This document shows, piece after piece, positions 1-9,696 of a stretch of DNA of 64,000 nt. The notes under the pieces were generated by a model that saw only the letters and a program-made list of their open reading frames with translations, made no database searches and was not told the origin of the DNA. Positions within the stretch are counted from its first letter, which is position 1; each line of letters opens with the position of its first letter. The DNA is taken from NCBI GenBank assembly GCA_963726455.1, contig CAVSCK010000003.1, positions 512,001 through 576,000 of the forward strand. Direction: 5' to 3'. This DNA comes from an uncultured bacterium (GTDB taxonomy: Bacteria > Zixibacteria > MSB-5A5 > CAIYYT01). A program made the position numbers and the translations under genes.

Positions 1-947
1 CGCTGGGCCTTGACACCTTCGTCATCATAGCCGAAACTCCCCAGTCCTCCGGGAATCGTGGCATCGGCATTGATATTGACAATATCAGAGCCATACTTGA
101 GCTTGCCCAGTTTGTCGAGAGAAAGAAACGAACCGCCGGCAAACGAAATTTCGGTACCCAGCACTCGATCGAATTCGACGGGGTGGCCGCAGGATTCATG
201 CACCTGCAACGCCAACTGCGGCGCGCCGATGATGATTGCCGTTACTTCGTCGGGGCAGGCAGGCGCCTGCAATAACATGATGGCTTCCTCACGCACGCGC
301 TCCGCATGATCCAGTAGGTGCATATCTTCGACGAACTCCCAGCCGAGAGTGGCATAGTCACCGCCATGGGAATTGGGATAGGAACGTGTTTGCGCTTCCT
401 TGCCATCGTAGGCGACTGCTTCGTAGCCGGCGCCTGATTCGATAATCTCCTGCTCGATTTCAGATCCTTCCGTGGAAACAAAGAGCTTCGCGGTTTTGGT
501 AAAATCCATCGACGCTTCCGCGGTCTTGATCTTCTTTGACTTCTTCAAGATGTTCGTGCATTGAATGAGCAGGCCAAGCTTGTCTTCCGTCGATACCGCG
601 AACGGGTCCTTCTGGCAGCTTGAACGATAGTGATCAACAAACGGCTCCTGCTCCGCAAGCACGACCGGGTCATGCTTGGTGATTGCCGAGGCTTTGGCGA
701 TTTGCAGCGCCTGATTGGCGGTCTTCTTTAAGGCCGCCGGGGTCACATTGGCGGTCGCGGCAAATCCCCAGGCATTATTTGCCAGCACCCGAATACCAAC
801 ACCGACATCGAGGTTACGCGCCAGCGAGTCGACGGTGCCGTCCGACACGTGGATCGCCTCGTTTTCCCTGCGGACGAAGCGACAATCGGCATACGTCACA
901 CCCTTGCTGCGCAACCAGTCGATACACTCTTTGAGTTTATCCTTCAT
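1..947 (-). CDS. tldD: TldD/PmbA-family metalloprotease (runs off the left edge of the window)
   Basis: Manual translation from ATG 947 (RBS GGAGGT): MKDKLKECIDWLRSKGVTYADCR...GVGIRVLANNAWGFAAT...HESCGHPVEFDRVLG. HExxGH zinc motif present. Absent from the ORF track because there is no stop in the window. Confidence 0.9.
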   Translation of the reverse strand, partial: MKDKLKECIDWLRSKGVTYADCRFVRRENEAIHVSDGTVDSLARNLDVGVGIRVLANNAWGFAATANVTPAALKKTANQALQIAKASAITKHDPVVLAEQEPFVDHYRSSCQKDPFAVSTEDKLGLLIQCTNILKKSKKIKTAEASMDFTKTAKLFVSTEGSEIEQEIIESGAGYEAVAYDGKEAQTRSYPNSHGGDYATLGWEFVEDMHLLDHAERVREEAIMLLQAPACPDEVTAIIIGAPQLALQVHESCGHPVEFDRVLGTEISFAGGSFLSLDKLGKLKYGSDIVNINADATIPGGLGSFGYDDEGVKAQ

Positions 948-1050
948 TACACCTCCAGAGGTTCTTAATACTATATCCGAGTATACGTTTCAAATTTCCG
1001 TGGGATACACGATCACCGATCTTTTGCGGGAGCACCGGTCAAGACCTGCT

Positions 1051-1611
1051 CTATTCGCGATGGACTGCGCTACCGAGCGCGATGAGTACCTGGGAAATAC
1101 ATTCGCAATCCTTCTCATGAGTCAAGACTGTAGTGACTATCAATAACTGGCCCGAAACTACCCAGGCCTGAACCATGTACTTGAATTCGCCGGGCTTAGG
1201 CGCTTTGTCGGTAGCAAAGAAATACCAGCCGCGACCGGAGGCCCCATTGATTGGTTTGAGCGCTATTTGACTCTCCTCGCTGCCGGGGAGGATTCTTTCT
1301 TTCACGTACGCGTCCAGCTTGATTCGCAAACTGATTTGCGACGTGTCGATCAAGGTGTCAGTCATGCTGTACCCAGGGGTCATCAACACCGAAAACCTGT
1401 CGCCTGCTGCGGGCGAAAAAGTGATCGTCGGTGGCAAATCCATGCCTGGTTGCCGGACTTCACTCTTCCAATCCTGCGGGACTGTCAACACCAGTTTTCC
1501 ATGTTTCGGCAGAGAATACTTTCGCTCTTTCATCTTTTCTGCGGCTTCGAGACCGAAGACTGCGAAAGAGATCGTAAGTGCTAGAATTGTGAGAATCACT
1601 TTCCTTAGCAT
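1051..1611 (-). CDS. Hypothetical exported protein
   Basis: 186-aa ORF, AGGAGG RBS, N-terminal signal peptide. Confidence 0.75.
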   Translation of the reverse strand: MLRKVILTILALTISFAVFGLEAAEKMKERKYSLPKHGKLVLTVPQDWKSEVRQPGMDLPPTITFSPAAGDRFSVLMTPGYSMTDTLIDTSQISLRIKLDAYVKERILPGSEESQIALKPINGASGRGWYFFATDKAPKPGEFKYMVQAWVVSGQLLIVTTVLTHEKDCECISQVLIALGSAVHRE

Positions 1612-1824
1612 CTAAAGGTCCTCCTGGATCCGTTAATCCCCATATGAGGGCGAGCGGTCGCGTCTGACCCATAATAACATTCCGAATTGATCGGAGCCAT
1701 GCCTAATTCTTCGCAGGAAATTACAAACCCGGAGTTGACGACTAACTGATTGGTATTACACGTGTTAACCTTGGCGTCCATGGTAACATTGCAATGGATA
1801 TCGACGATATCTGCAAAAATAAAC

Positions 1825-1853
1825 TGGACTTTTCGGAAATTATGCCGTATACT
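1825..1853 (+). promoter_or_regulatory. Sigma70-like promoter of RRM gene 1
   Basis: TGGACT-17 bp-TATACT; an equivalent element precedes RRM gene 2. Confidence 0.55.
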
Positions 1854-1867
1854 ATAACAAGTAACTA

Positions 1868-2024
1868 ATCTCCACTGTAAGTGTTGTTCAAGTTTTGCTA
1901 CGTTATTTCAATCCTTGTCAATCCCTGAAAATCGGAGATACGCGCAATAAGGCGCACAAAACAATTCTCCTTTGCCAGATAGGTCTATTGCCTTTCGGCA
2001 AGGGAACATCTACAGGAGTGTAGA
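1868..2024 (+). promoter_or_regulatory. Conserved structured 5' leader, copy 1 (candidate cis-regulatory RNA)
   Basis: Shares ATCTCC...GGAGAT pairing, CAATCCTTGTCAA and a GCGC hairpin with 2600-2757. Confidence 0.55.
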
Positions 2025-2360
2025 ATGAATATCTTCGTAGGCAATCTGTCCCGCGAAACCGCAGAAGCTGACCTGCGCCAGGCCTTTGAGGCCTTTGGCC
2101 AAGTCACAAAAGCAACCGTAATTACTGACAAGTTCACCGGCCAGTCAAAGGGCTTCGGATTTGTCGAGATGGCATCCAAGGCGGAAGCCGAAGCTGCTAT
2201 CAGCGGTATGTCGGGCAAGGAATTGCACGGTCGTACTCTTAACGTTAGCGAAGCACGCCCTCGTCCCGAAGGTGGCGGCGGCGGTGGTCGTCGTGATGGC
2301 GGCGGCGGTGGCGGTAACCGTGGCGGTTACGGTGGCGGCGGTGGACGTCGCAGCTGGTAA
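2025..2360 (+). CDS. RRM RNA-binding protein with Gly/Arg-rich tail
   Basis: RNP2 (IFVGNL) and RNP1 (KGFGFVEM) motifs, GGGG/RGG tail, AGGAG RBS. Confidence 0.95.
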   Translation: MNIFVGNLSRETAEADLRQAFEAFGQVTKATVITDKFTGQSKGFGFVEMASKAEAEAAISGMSGKELHGRTLNVSEARPRPEGGGGGGRRDGGGGGGNRGGYGGGGGRRSW

Positions 2361-2398
2361 TACGGCCAAGCATACACTTAAATTAGTGTAGTCTATTC

Positions 2399-2428
2399 AA
2401 GGCAGGAACCAAGGGTTCCTGCCTTTTT
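2399..2428 (+). terminator. Rho-independent terminator
   Basis: AAGGCAGGAACC-aag-GGTTCCTGCCTT followed by T tract. Confidence 0.8.
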
Positions 2429-2556
2429 GATCGCTCACCGGTTTGTTCGTTCCGAACGTGATTGTACCGGAAATACAACCGACGGCGTAAATCGAAGACC
2501 TGACTTGCGAAACAGCCAGAAAGGTAGATTGTGGAGGGCAATCCTTTAAATTAAAC

Positions 2557-2585
2557 CCGACTTTCCGCGGGTGAAGGCGTATAAT
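2557..2585 (+). promoter_or_regulatory. Sigma70-like promoter of RRM gene 2
   Basis: CCGACT-17 bp-TATAAT, same position relative to the leader as in copy 1. Confidence 0.55.
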
Positions 2586-2599
2586 AGGAAAGATCACTG

Positions 2600-2757
2600 A
2601 TCTCCATCTTTAGTTTTGCTCAAGATTTGTAACTAAAAAGCAATCCTTGTCAACTCGTGAATTCGGAGATATGCGCTAACACGCGCAATTAAACGGTTCC
2701 CGTTTGGGAGGTTGGCCTTTGGTCGCCTTCGACGAGACATCTCTACAGGAGTTTAGA
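2600..2757 (+). promoter_or_regulatory. Conserved structured 5' leader, copy 2
   Basis: Paralogous to 1868-2024. Confidence 0.55.
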
Positions 2758-3066
2758 ATGAATATTTACGTAGGCAATCTGTCACCGGAGACGGAAGAGA
2801 CAGATCTTAGAAAGGCATTTGAGCCGTACGGCCAAGTGACTCGCGCACACATTATTGTAGACAAAATCACCAGTCTGTCCAAGGGCTTCGGTTTTGTCGA
2901 CATGGCCGTGGAAGACGAGGGTCGATCGGCAATGACCGGATTGGCCGGCAAAGAGCTGCAGGGCCGCGCGATCAAGATGAGTGAAGCGCGCCGGCTCAGC
3001 GAAGTTCACCCACGCAAGCCAAATCAACCGGACAGCGGCTATCGGGACAGGCACGGCAACCAGTAA
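2758..3066 (+). CDS. RRM RNA-binding protein (tandem paralog)
   Basis: Start reassigned to ATG 2758 (AGGAG RBS; MNIYVGNLS...KGFGFVDM). Confidence 0.93.
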   Translation: MNIYVGNLSPETEETDLRKAFEPYGQVTRAHIIVDKITSLSKGFGFVDMAVEDEGRSAMTGLAGKELQGRAIKMSEARRLSEVHPRKPNQPDSGYRDRHGNQ

Positions 3067-3103
3067 TTCGCCGCGGGCCCAAAACCGTTAGCTAGAACGA
3101 TTC

Positions 3104-3132
3104 AAGGCAGAAGTCCGGGATTTCTGCCTTTT
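3104..3132 (+). terminator. Rho-independent terminator
   Basis: AAGGCAGAAGTCC/GGATTTCTGCCTT plus T's; related to the terminator at 2399. Confidence 0.7.
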
Positions 3133-3311
3133 CGTTTGTGCCAGAATGAATTTGGCATCCCCCATCTTCTCTTCTCCAGGTGACCAACTCGGCTTATCGC
3201 AGTTGGGCAGTTAACCCTCGATGCGCACCAGACTTTTCAATTAAAATTGCGAACCTAACCGTCGTAGTTCGGTTATAAGACACGAAAAATGATGATTAAG
3301 GAGGGAACCAT

Positions 3312-4805
3312 ATGGTTCGCAGAATCTCATCGATGCAAGTAGTTGTGGCCGTTATTACAGTGCTGGCCGCGGCAATGTTCATGGATATTTACGCCGTAAA
3401 ATCCCCGCCGGCAACTGTAATGACCGTGGTAACGCCATCCAAAGACCGACCAGTATATTCTCTGCGCGACCTCAACCAGGCATTTGTAGATATCGCCAGA
3501 GCGGTGACACCGACAGTCGTGACAGTTTCGACCGAAAAGACTCTGAAAATGCGGGAAGTCAATCCGTTTGCGGGCTTCTTTGACAGTCCGTTTGGCGATT
3601 TCTTTGGGAATCCGGGTAACGGACGCGGCCAAAGACAGGCGCCTGAACGCGAGTTTCATCAGCAAGGCCTTGGCTCAGGGGTGATTGTTTCCAGCGACGG
3701 TTATATCCTGACCAACAATCACGTGATCGCAGGTGTTGACAGCATCACGGTTCGAACCTATGACGGTCGCACTTTCCCGGCGAAAGTGATCGGCGCCGAT
3801 CCGAAAACCGATGTTGCGGTGATCAGGGTCAGTGCCGAGAATCTGCCCGCCATCAAGAAAGGCAACAGCGACAGTCTGCAGGTTGGCGAAATGGTCATGG
3901 CAATTGGCAGCCCGCTGAGCCCCAACCTGGCTCACACGGTAACGCGCGGAATCGTCAGCGCCACAGGACGCGCCAACGTCGGGCTGGCGGAGTATGAAGA
4001 TTTTATTCAGACGGATGCGGCCATCAATCCGGGCAATTCGGGGGGCGCACTGGTTAACATGGATGGCGAATTAGTCGGCATCAACAGCGCGATCGTCAGC
4101 CAGAGCGGCGGATTCCAGGGAATCGGACTAGCTGTGCCGGTCAATATGGCGTTTCGTGTAATGGATGCGCTGATCAAGACCGGCAAGGTCGTTCGCGGCT
4201 GGCTCGGTGTCTCGATTCAGAACATCAGTCCGAGCATTGGCAATGCCATGCACCTGCCAAATCAGGAAGGGGCTCTGGTAGGCAGTGTGTCGCCTGGAAG
4301 TCCAGCCGCCAAGGCGGGATTAAGGAATGGCGATGTGATCACCAAGCTGAACAATCACCTAATCAAGAATTCCACTGAATTGCGTAACGATATAGCAGGC
4401 ACTGCACCCGGATCATCAGTAGCTCTCACAATCATGCGTGACGGCAAAGAGATGGAAGTAAATGCGCAACTGGCCGAGCTACCCACTGAGACGGCTCCGG
4501 CTGCCACCAAGTCAGCGTTGTCTGACCTGCTCGGATTTAAAGTTCAGACGCTCGATCGCGAGATTGCCGGCAAGTACGCCCTGGACGCAAGATTGAACGG
4601 TGTGGTAGTCATTGATATCGACCAGAACAGCAATGCCTACGCCGCCGGGCTGCGAGAAGGCGACTTGATCAGTTCGGTCAACCAGTCAGACGTCTCCAAC
4701 GCCGCCGACTTTAGCAATGCCGTGAAGGATGCCAAGCAAGGCGATACAGTTCTGCTCCGTGTGGTCCGCCAGGACAGCGGCTTCTACTTAACCTTCACTC
4801 TCTAA
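3312..4805 (+). CDS. htrA: HtrA/DegQ (Do-family) serine protease with two PDZ domains
   Basis: TNNHV, DVAV and INPGNSGG catalytic motifs; RGWLGV PDZ start; N-terminal membrane anchor. Confidence 0.95.
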   Translation: MVRRISSMQVVVAVITVLAAAMFMDIYAVKSPPATVMTVVTPSKDRPVYSLRDLNQAFVDIARAVTPTVVTVSTEKTLKMREVNPFAGFFDSPFGDFFGNPGNGRGQRQAPEREFHQQGLGSGVIVSSDGYILTNNHVIAGVDSITVRTYDGRTFPAKVIGADPKTDVAVIRVSAENLPAIKKGNSDSLQVGEMVMAIGSPLSPNLAHTVTRGIVSATGRANVGLAEYEDFIQTDAAINPGNSGGALVNMDGELVGINSAIVSQSGGFQGIGLAVPVNMAFRVMDALIKTGKVVRGWLGVSIQNISPSIGNAMHLPNQEGALVGSVSPGSPAAKAGLRNGDVITKLNNHLIKNSTELRNDIAGTAPGSSVALTIMRDGKEMEVNAQLAELPTETAPAATKSALSDLLGFKVQTLDREIAGKYALDARLNGVVVIDIDQNSNAYAAGLREGDLISSVNQSDVSNAADFSNAVKDAKQGDTVLLRVVRQDSGFYLTFTL

Positions 4806-4818
4806 ATAACAAGCATAC

Positions 4819-4852
4819 CCGGCCGAGACGAAATTGTCTCGGCCGGTTTTCT
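4819..4852 (+). terminator. Rho-independent terminator
   Basis: CCGGCCGAGAC-loop-GTCTCGGCCGG-TTTT between convergent genes. Confidence 0.8.
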
Positions 4853-4881
4853 TGCATTCGTAATGTGCTGACTGAGCGAGA

Positions 4882-5463
4882 TTACTTCTTGCTCGCAGTC
4901 GCTTCCAGATAGGTCCTGAAATTATCGGTCGTCCCTTGGGGCGCAATCTCGAACTTGATCGATACTGACTTTTCACCGGTTTTGGAGTAGATCAGGCGAA
5001 ATCTCGGAGCGACTGATGACGTATCGCTCACGAAAATCCAACTCGTAGTATCCGATGACACGGTCGCTGTGTAGTTGATCACATGGCCTTCGTTGTCCCA
5101 ATAGGTAGCTTTGGCCGATTTGTCCGGTTCCTGATGGATAACCATCAGATCGGTATGGGAGTAAGCCGGCTGGTCTTTGGTGGCAGGATAATTGGCGTAA
5201 TTGGTCCGAACCAGGACCCGCTTGTCCAGATCGAGGTAGAATTTGAAACCTCCGGTGCCCTGTCCCGGATTGTTGCCCCCGCCTTCGCCTTCCCAGTTAC
5301 CGAGTAGAAAATTCCATTTTGACCAGTCAGCGGCAGGCGCCGCGCCCTGTGCTGACGCAAAAGCCGGCCACAGACAGACCGCCATAAAAGCGCCGAAGAG
5401 AAATGCTCGCATCAGGACTGTGTGAGATCTAGCATTCGAACAAATTCGTTTTTCAAACTTCAC
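4882..5463 (-). CDS. Hypothetical exported beta-rich protein
   Basis: 193 aa, GTG start with GGAGG RBS, signal peptide, FLLGNWEG lipocalin-like start. Confidence 0.7.
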   Translation of the reverse strand: MKFEKRICSNARSHTVLMRAFLFGAFMAVCLWPAFASAQGAAPAADWSKWNFLLGNWEGEGGGNNPGQGTGGFKFYLDLDKRVLVRTNYANYPATKDQPAYSHTDLMVIHQEPDKSAKATYWDNEGHVINYTATVSSDTTSWIFVSDTSSVAPRFRLIYSKTGEKSVSIKFEIAPQGTTDNFRTYLEATASKK

Positions 5464-5592
5464 GATATCCTCCAGTTCAATCCAATTGTAATGTCGAAGA
5501 AAGTGATAGACCGGCGTTAATTCAAGCTGATATTTGCGGATCTGAACATCGCTTGATGTGAATACAACTACGGAAGCAGATGCGGATTACAA

Positions 5593-5634
5593 TAGCGGGG
5601 GCAAGACTTGAACCTGCGACCTTCGGGTTATGAG
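5593..5634 (-). repeat. Duplicated 3' half of the initiator tRNA-Met (att-like site)
   Basis: 42 bp matching 9370-9411 with 2 mismatches, same orientation, ending at the anticodon loop. Confidence 0.85.
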
Positions 5635-5868
5635 ATTCTCAGGTATCCCAACACGGGCCACTACTTTACACCAGGCGACAATAGCGGCAAAAACTTACGA
5701 AGCTCATTTTGTCCGGTGTTGTCCCGTGCTATGCCCTTTCTTGCGAGGGACAGACTTATGCATTGGAGAAGAAGCGCGCCCCGATCTGGCAAACCCTTCA
5801 TTGCCTGAGGACATTCAGCATTCTTCCACTTTCTCATACATATGAAACTTGCGATCGGAAGCAAGAAG

Positions 5869-8800
5869 TCAGCGCCAATCGCCGAGCGAAATGAAAGCTC
5901 CCCAGGTATAAGGATGATCCGGTAATCGTGCAGCCCGAAGCTTTCTTATCTCCGCCAATTGCAGGTCCCTCAGTCGCTCCGGAATCGGCTTCTTAGACTG
6001 ACTATATAACTGACTCATGACGGCAGCCGTCGCTTCATCCGGCACCGGCCACAACGAACTGATCACTGTTCTTGCTCCTGCCATCTGGAACGCTCGTCGA
6101 AGCCCGTATACTCCTTCGCCCGACTTCACCTCGCCTAAACCTGTCTCACAGGCCGACAAAACCACCAAATCCGTGCCCATCAAGTTCATCCCTGATACTT
6201 CCGACGCCGACAATATACCGTCGTCAACATGAGCACTATCACAACCGGCACCGTGAAGATTCGCGCCGGCCAGTAGAAGCCCCGACTGCAGTAACGGATT
6301 CTCTCCCACAAAGCTCTCGTCCGGGCCGACATTATGTTTCGCCACGAACTGAGGCGCGCACTGCCCCGTCAGGTAGTATCCATGCGTCGCCAGATGGAGT
6401 ACTCGCTTGCCTGGGGCCGCGGCCTTGAATTGGTCCTCTGACGCCTTGGGGCCCACGTAGACCTGTGCCGAATCTTCGCCCCGACCTGGCCAAAGTTTCG
6501 CTATCATCTCGATTTCGGCTCGTGTAAATGGCAGACTGCCAACCTTGAGGTCGGAAAGGGAACCACACCCCGACCGTACATCTCGAGTCCTGTACTCTCT
6601 TTCACCGGTCGCTGTCGAAGCGAACTGCACCTCGCCGGGCTGCTGCGTTCGTGCGGAAATTGTAGCATCAAAGTCCGGATCACCCAGAGCAAACAGACCA
6701 CGACCACTCTCCGGTTTGTCCTTCAACCGGATCAGGTCACGGCCTGAAGAAAGATGATGGAGAACGTATTTTTCAGTCAGGTATTTTCCTTCCTCATCGA
6801 TCAACCCGGCTAACGACACTAAATTCAGCGAACCGTCCAGCCCTACGAAGATCGTCTGATTCTTCTTGAAATGCTTCTCCAATGGCCTCCAGATCTTCTC
6901 ATAAATGGCTCGGCTGATCGGTTCGTATTCGGCCATGTCGGCAGCATTTGGCATCCGACCTGAAGAGGCCAATTGTTGCATATGCTTCAGAAGTCGCTCG
7001 ACCAAAGGCTCGATCTCCAAAGCACTTCCCAAATTCACAATCTCCGGTTTCTCATTCTTGCCGATGATCAAAGCCGCATAGCGAGGTATTAGCGAATCTG
7101 GCTTTAGCTGGTGATAGTCCCATTTGAGATACTCAACAAGGGTAGTGCCCAGCGGCAAAGCTGAACTAATGCGCTCGACCGAAATGTTGTTCAGTGCCCG
7201 TAATCGCTGGAAGCTCGCGCTGTGACGTGACAACTCTGCTTCGAGATCATCCGCTGCGGCAACCAAGGAGTCAAGTTCACGCTTGTAAGCGCCAGTGGTA
7301 TCGTTGCCGGGACCTGCACTGTAGAGTCTGGAAATTCGCATTCGTGCGCCACGAACAGATTCTGCCAAATTCAACGTAGTCGAATCCTTCTCCGTTGTCA
7401 GTTGCCTTTGACGCTCCATAATTGCTTCAGAAACTATGCCCTTCGATTCCAGCATAACGGTGCCGCCTTCAAGTATCGAGTCGCGGTCAATTGCTCCGAA
7501 GTCGATAAGGCACGACAAGTAATTGCTGCCGGCACTCTTGATGGATCTGGAATAAGCAAGCGCGTCCTTCTCGGAAAGCATACAGGCGTTATCGTGAAAG
7601 AGCTTGATCCGGATGTCGAAGGCTGCTGACTCCTCCATAATGCCCAAGGCGAATTGTCCGTTGGCACGATAAGCGCGGGAAAGAGACTCCCTGTAGTTCG
7701 CCACATAAGGACAGCCGGGATCGATCGCCTTTTCCAAAAGCGACAACATTTTTTTGTAGAGAACCTCAGCGTCTGCGAATCGTGACTCGAAGTAATAGAG
7801 GTCGGCTATGGCACCGAGAGTCAGCGCCACATCGGGATGAGATGGGCCGAGGGCCCGTTCTCGAATTCCAAGTGATCTGCTTAGAAGAGATTCAGCTTCA
7901 GAATAGCGTTCTTGTCCCAAATAGGCATTGGCTAGGGCAGTCATGCTCATTCCCACATCAGGATGATCCTGGCCGAAAGCCTTTTCTCTGATCATCAAAG
8001 CCCTTATATAAAGTGACTCGGCAACGGCATATTTCCCTTGATCGTTATTCAGGGCGCCCAAATTGCTCAGGCTTGCAGCAACCTCAGGATGATCTGGGCC
8101 ACGAGACTTCTCCCGGATCGACAATGCTCTCTTCCAATATTGTTCGGCTTCCGCAACCCTTGACAGATCATAATAAATATTGCCGAGATTAGATAAGACC
8201 GTTGCCAACTGCGGATCATCCGGACCCAGAACCTTTTCTCGTATTGCAAGTACTCTTCTCAGAAGCGGTTCTGCTTCGGCATCCCGTCCTTGAACCCAAT
8301 AATCCATGGCGAGGTTGTTTAGGCTAATGGAGACGTCCAGGTGCTCGGAACCGAGGGCTTTTTCTCGGATTGCCAGCGCTCGCTCGTGGCACTGAATGGC
8401 ATCTCGATAACGTGCCTGTTGTGCATAGATATTCCCGAGAATCGTCAGACATTCGGCTACACCCGGATGTTCACGACCGTTAAGCTGCTCCCGAATGGCG
8501 ATTGCTTTCTGAAGCAACTCTTCTGCCTCGGCAAATCGTGCAAGGTCACAGTCGAGACGGGCAACGTTAACCGCGCTTAGCGCGACTTCCAGGTTATTTG
8601 GGCCAAACAACTTTATCTTGAGGCCCAGGGCTTGGCGAAGTAAGGTATCAGCTTCGGCATAGGAGGAAGTGTTCAGGTAATACGTTCCCAATCGGTGCAA
8701 GACTCGAGCAGTAATAGTATCGTCTCCACCAAATTCCTTCCTTGTCAATTCAAGTAGAGCTTTACACGTGACGATTGCTGAGTCTGGGTTCTTCGCTTTC

Positions 8801-8913
8801 CAAAGCGAATCAGATCGATTGGCCAGTTCTTTCCAAGTCTGTGCCGATAAAGACGGTGAGAAACAGACCAGCATTGCCACGAATGCAAGAAGTATCCCTG
8901 CTGATGCCTTCAT
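5869..8913 (-). CDS. Secreted TPR-repeat plus CHAT (caspase-like) domain protein
   Basis: Signal peptide; about 8-9 kinesin-light-chain-type TPRs (HPxVAxSLxNL); CHAT catalytic motifs LHLATHG and LSACETG; C-terminal HPYTWGAF. Confidence 0.92.
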   Translation of the reverse strand: MKASAGILLAFVAMLVCFSPSLSAQTWKELANRSDSLWKAKNPDSAIVTCKALLELTRKEFGGDDTITARVLHRLGTYYLNTSSYAEADTLLRQALGLKIKLFGPNNLEVALSAVNVARLDCDLARFAEAEELLQKAIAIREQLNGREHPGVAECLTILGNIYAQQARYRDAIQCHERALAIREKALGSEHLDVSISLNNLAMDYWVQGRDAEAEPLLRRVLAIREKVLGPDDPQLATVLSNLGNIYYDLSRVAEAEQYWKRALSIREKSRGPDHPEVAASLSNLGALNNDQGKYAVAESLYIRALMIREKAFGQDHPDVGMSMTALANAYLGQERYSEAESLLSRSLGIRERALGPSHPDVALTLGAIADLYYFESRFADAEVLYKKMLSLLEKAIDPGCPYVANYRESLSRAYRANGQFALGIMEESAAFDIRIKLFHDNACMLSEKDALAYSRSIKSAGSNYLSCLIDFGAIDRDSILEGGTVMLESKGIVSEAIMERQRQLTTEKDSTTLNLAESVRGARMRISRLYSAGPGNDTTGAYKRELDSLVAAADDLEAELSRHSASFQRLRALNNISVERISSALPLGTTLVEYLKWDYHQLKPDSLIPRYAALIIGKNEKPEIVNLGSALEIEPLVERLLKHMQQLASSGRMPNAADMAEYEPISRAIYEKIWRPLEKHFKKNQTIFVGLDGSLNLVSLAGLIDEEGKYLTEKYVLHHLSSGRDLIRLKDKPESGRGLFALGDPDFDATISARTQQPGEVQFASTATGEREYRTRDVRSGCGSLSDLKVGSLPFTRAEIEMIAKLWPGRGEDSAQVYVGPKASEDQFKAAAPGKRVLHLATHGYYLTGQCAPQFVAKHNVGPDESFVGENPLLQSGLLLAGANLHGAGCDSAHVDDGILSASEVSGMNLMGTDLVVLSACETGLGEVKSGEGVYGLRRAFQMAGARTVISSLWPVPDEATAAVMSQLYSQSKKPIPERLRDLQLAEIRKLRAARLPDHPYTWGAFISLGDWR

Positions 8914-9366
8914 ACCCGCTCCCTTAAAGTTATGGACTGCCCGAGCGCAGAAGGCACGTCGGCCAGCTACGCCACAAATGTAAACAACACTGCAATTATC
9001 TTCAATTAAGTCTCAGGAGGGTAACATGTCAAGGGGAAAACGGTTGACATGGTTCCACATTGACTAGGAACTAAACCGGGGCGTCCGGATCCCGTCGTCG
9101 CGCTGATCTGGCTTTTCGAGAATCTTGGCTCTCCCTGCCGACTTAGCGGAAGCGAGTCAGTATTTCTTGCGATCGCCACGAGAACACTTCAAGAGACTCG
9201 AAATGATGACTGAAATGCAAACACAGTTATAATCCATTCAGCAGGAACTGGAGAAGCGGGTGGACACGAAGGATAAGTTTGGGTCAATTTGCCAGTCGGG
9301 GATTCTCCTTGACTTCCCTCTCAATGATAAAGCCCCTGGAGATATTGGACTTCAAGGGCCTAAGTT

Positions 9367-9443
<77 letters not shown>

Positions 9444-9452
9444 ATCGCTCCG

Positions 9453-9481
9453 TATATATCAGAGTCCAGGATGAATGTCAA
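9453..9481 (-). promoter_or_regulatory. Sigma70 promoter of tRNA-Met
   Basis: TTGACA-17 bp-TATATA. Confidence 0.7.
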
Positions 9482-9696
9482 GCGAAATAAAGAATCATTC
9501 CCCCTATATTTCGGCCGCCGGGATTTGTCCGCAAGTCCATCAAGTCTAACGCGGTGACTAGCATACCATCTTTGAACCAGTGCGTTACGGAGAGGGCGGT
9601 ACGACAGCCGATTAGCCGTCCCTTAGTATTGAGCAGCCAGAAAGAGCTTGCTTTGGGCGGTGTTGTTGTGTACCTCTACGCCGGAGTAAATCAACA

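Noticed and set aside
1778-1812. Short palindromes (GATATCG-A-CGATATC) in a divergent intergenic region
   Set aside because: Single occurrence with no supporting context; could be chance.
2271-2345. GGC-rich tandem repeat
   Set aside because: It simply encodes the Gly-rich tail of the RRM protein.
5593-5660. Second functional tRNA-Met
   Set aside because: Only the 3' half is present, with no D arm, 5' acceptor strand or CCA.
9060-9300. Integrase remnant next to the tRNA
   Set aside because: Only a vague resemblance (YFLRSPREHFK); no catalytic R-H-R-H-Y motifs are recognisable.
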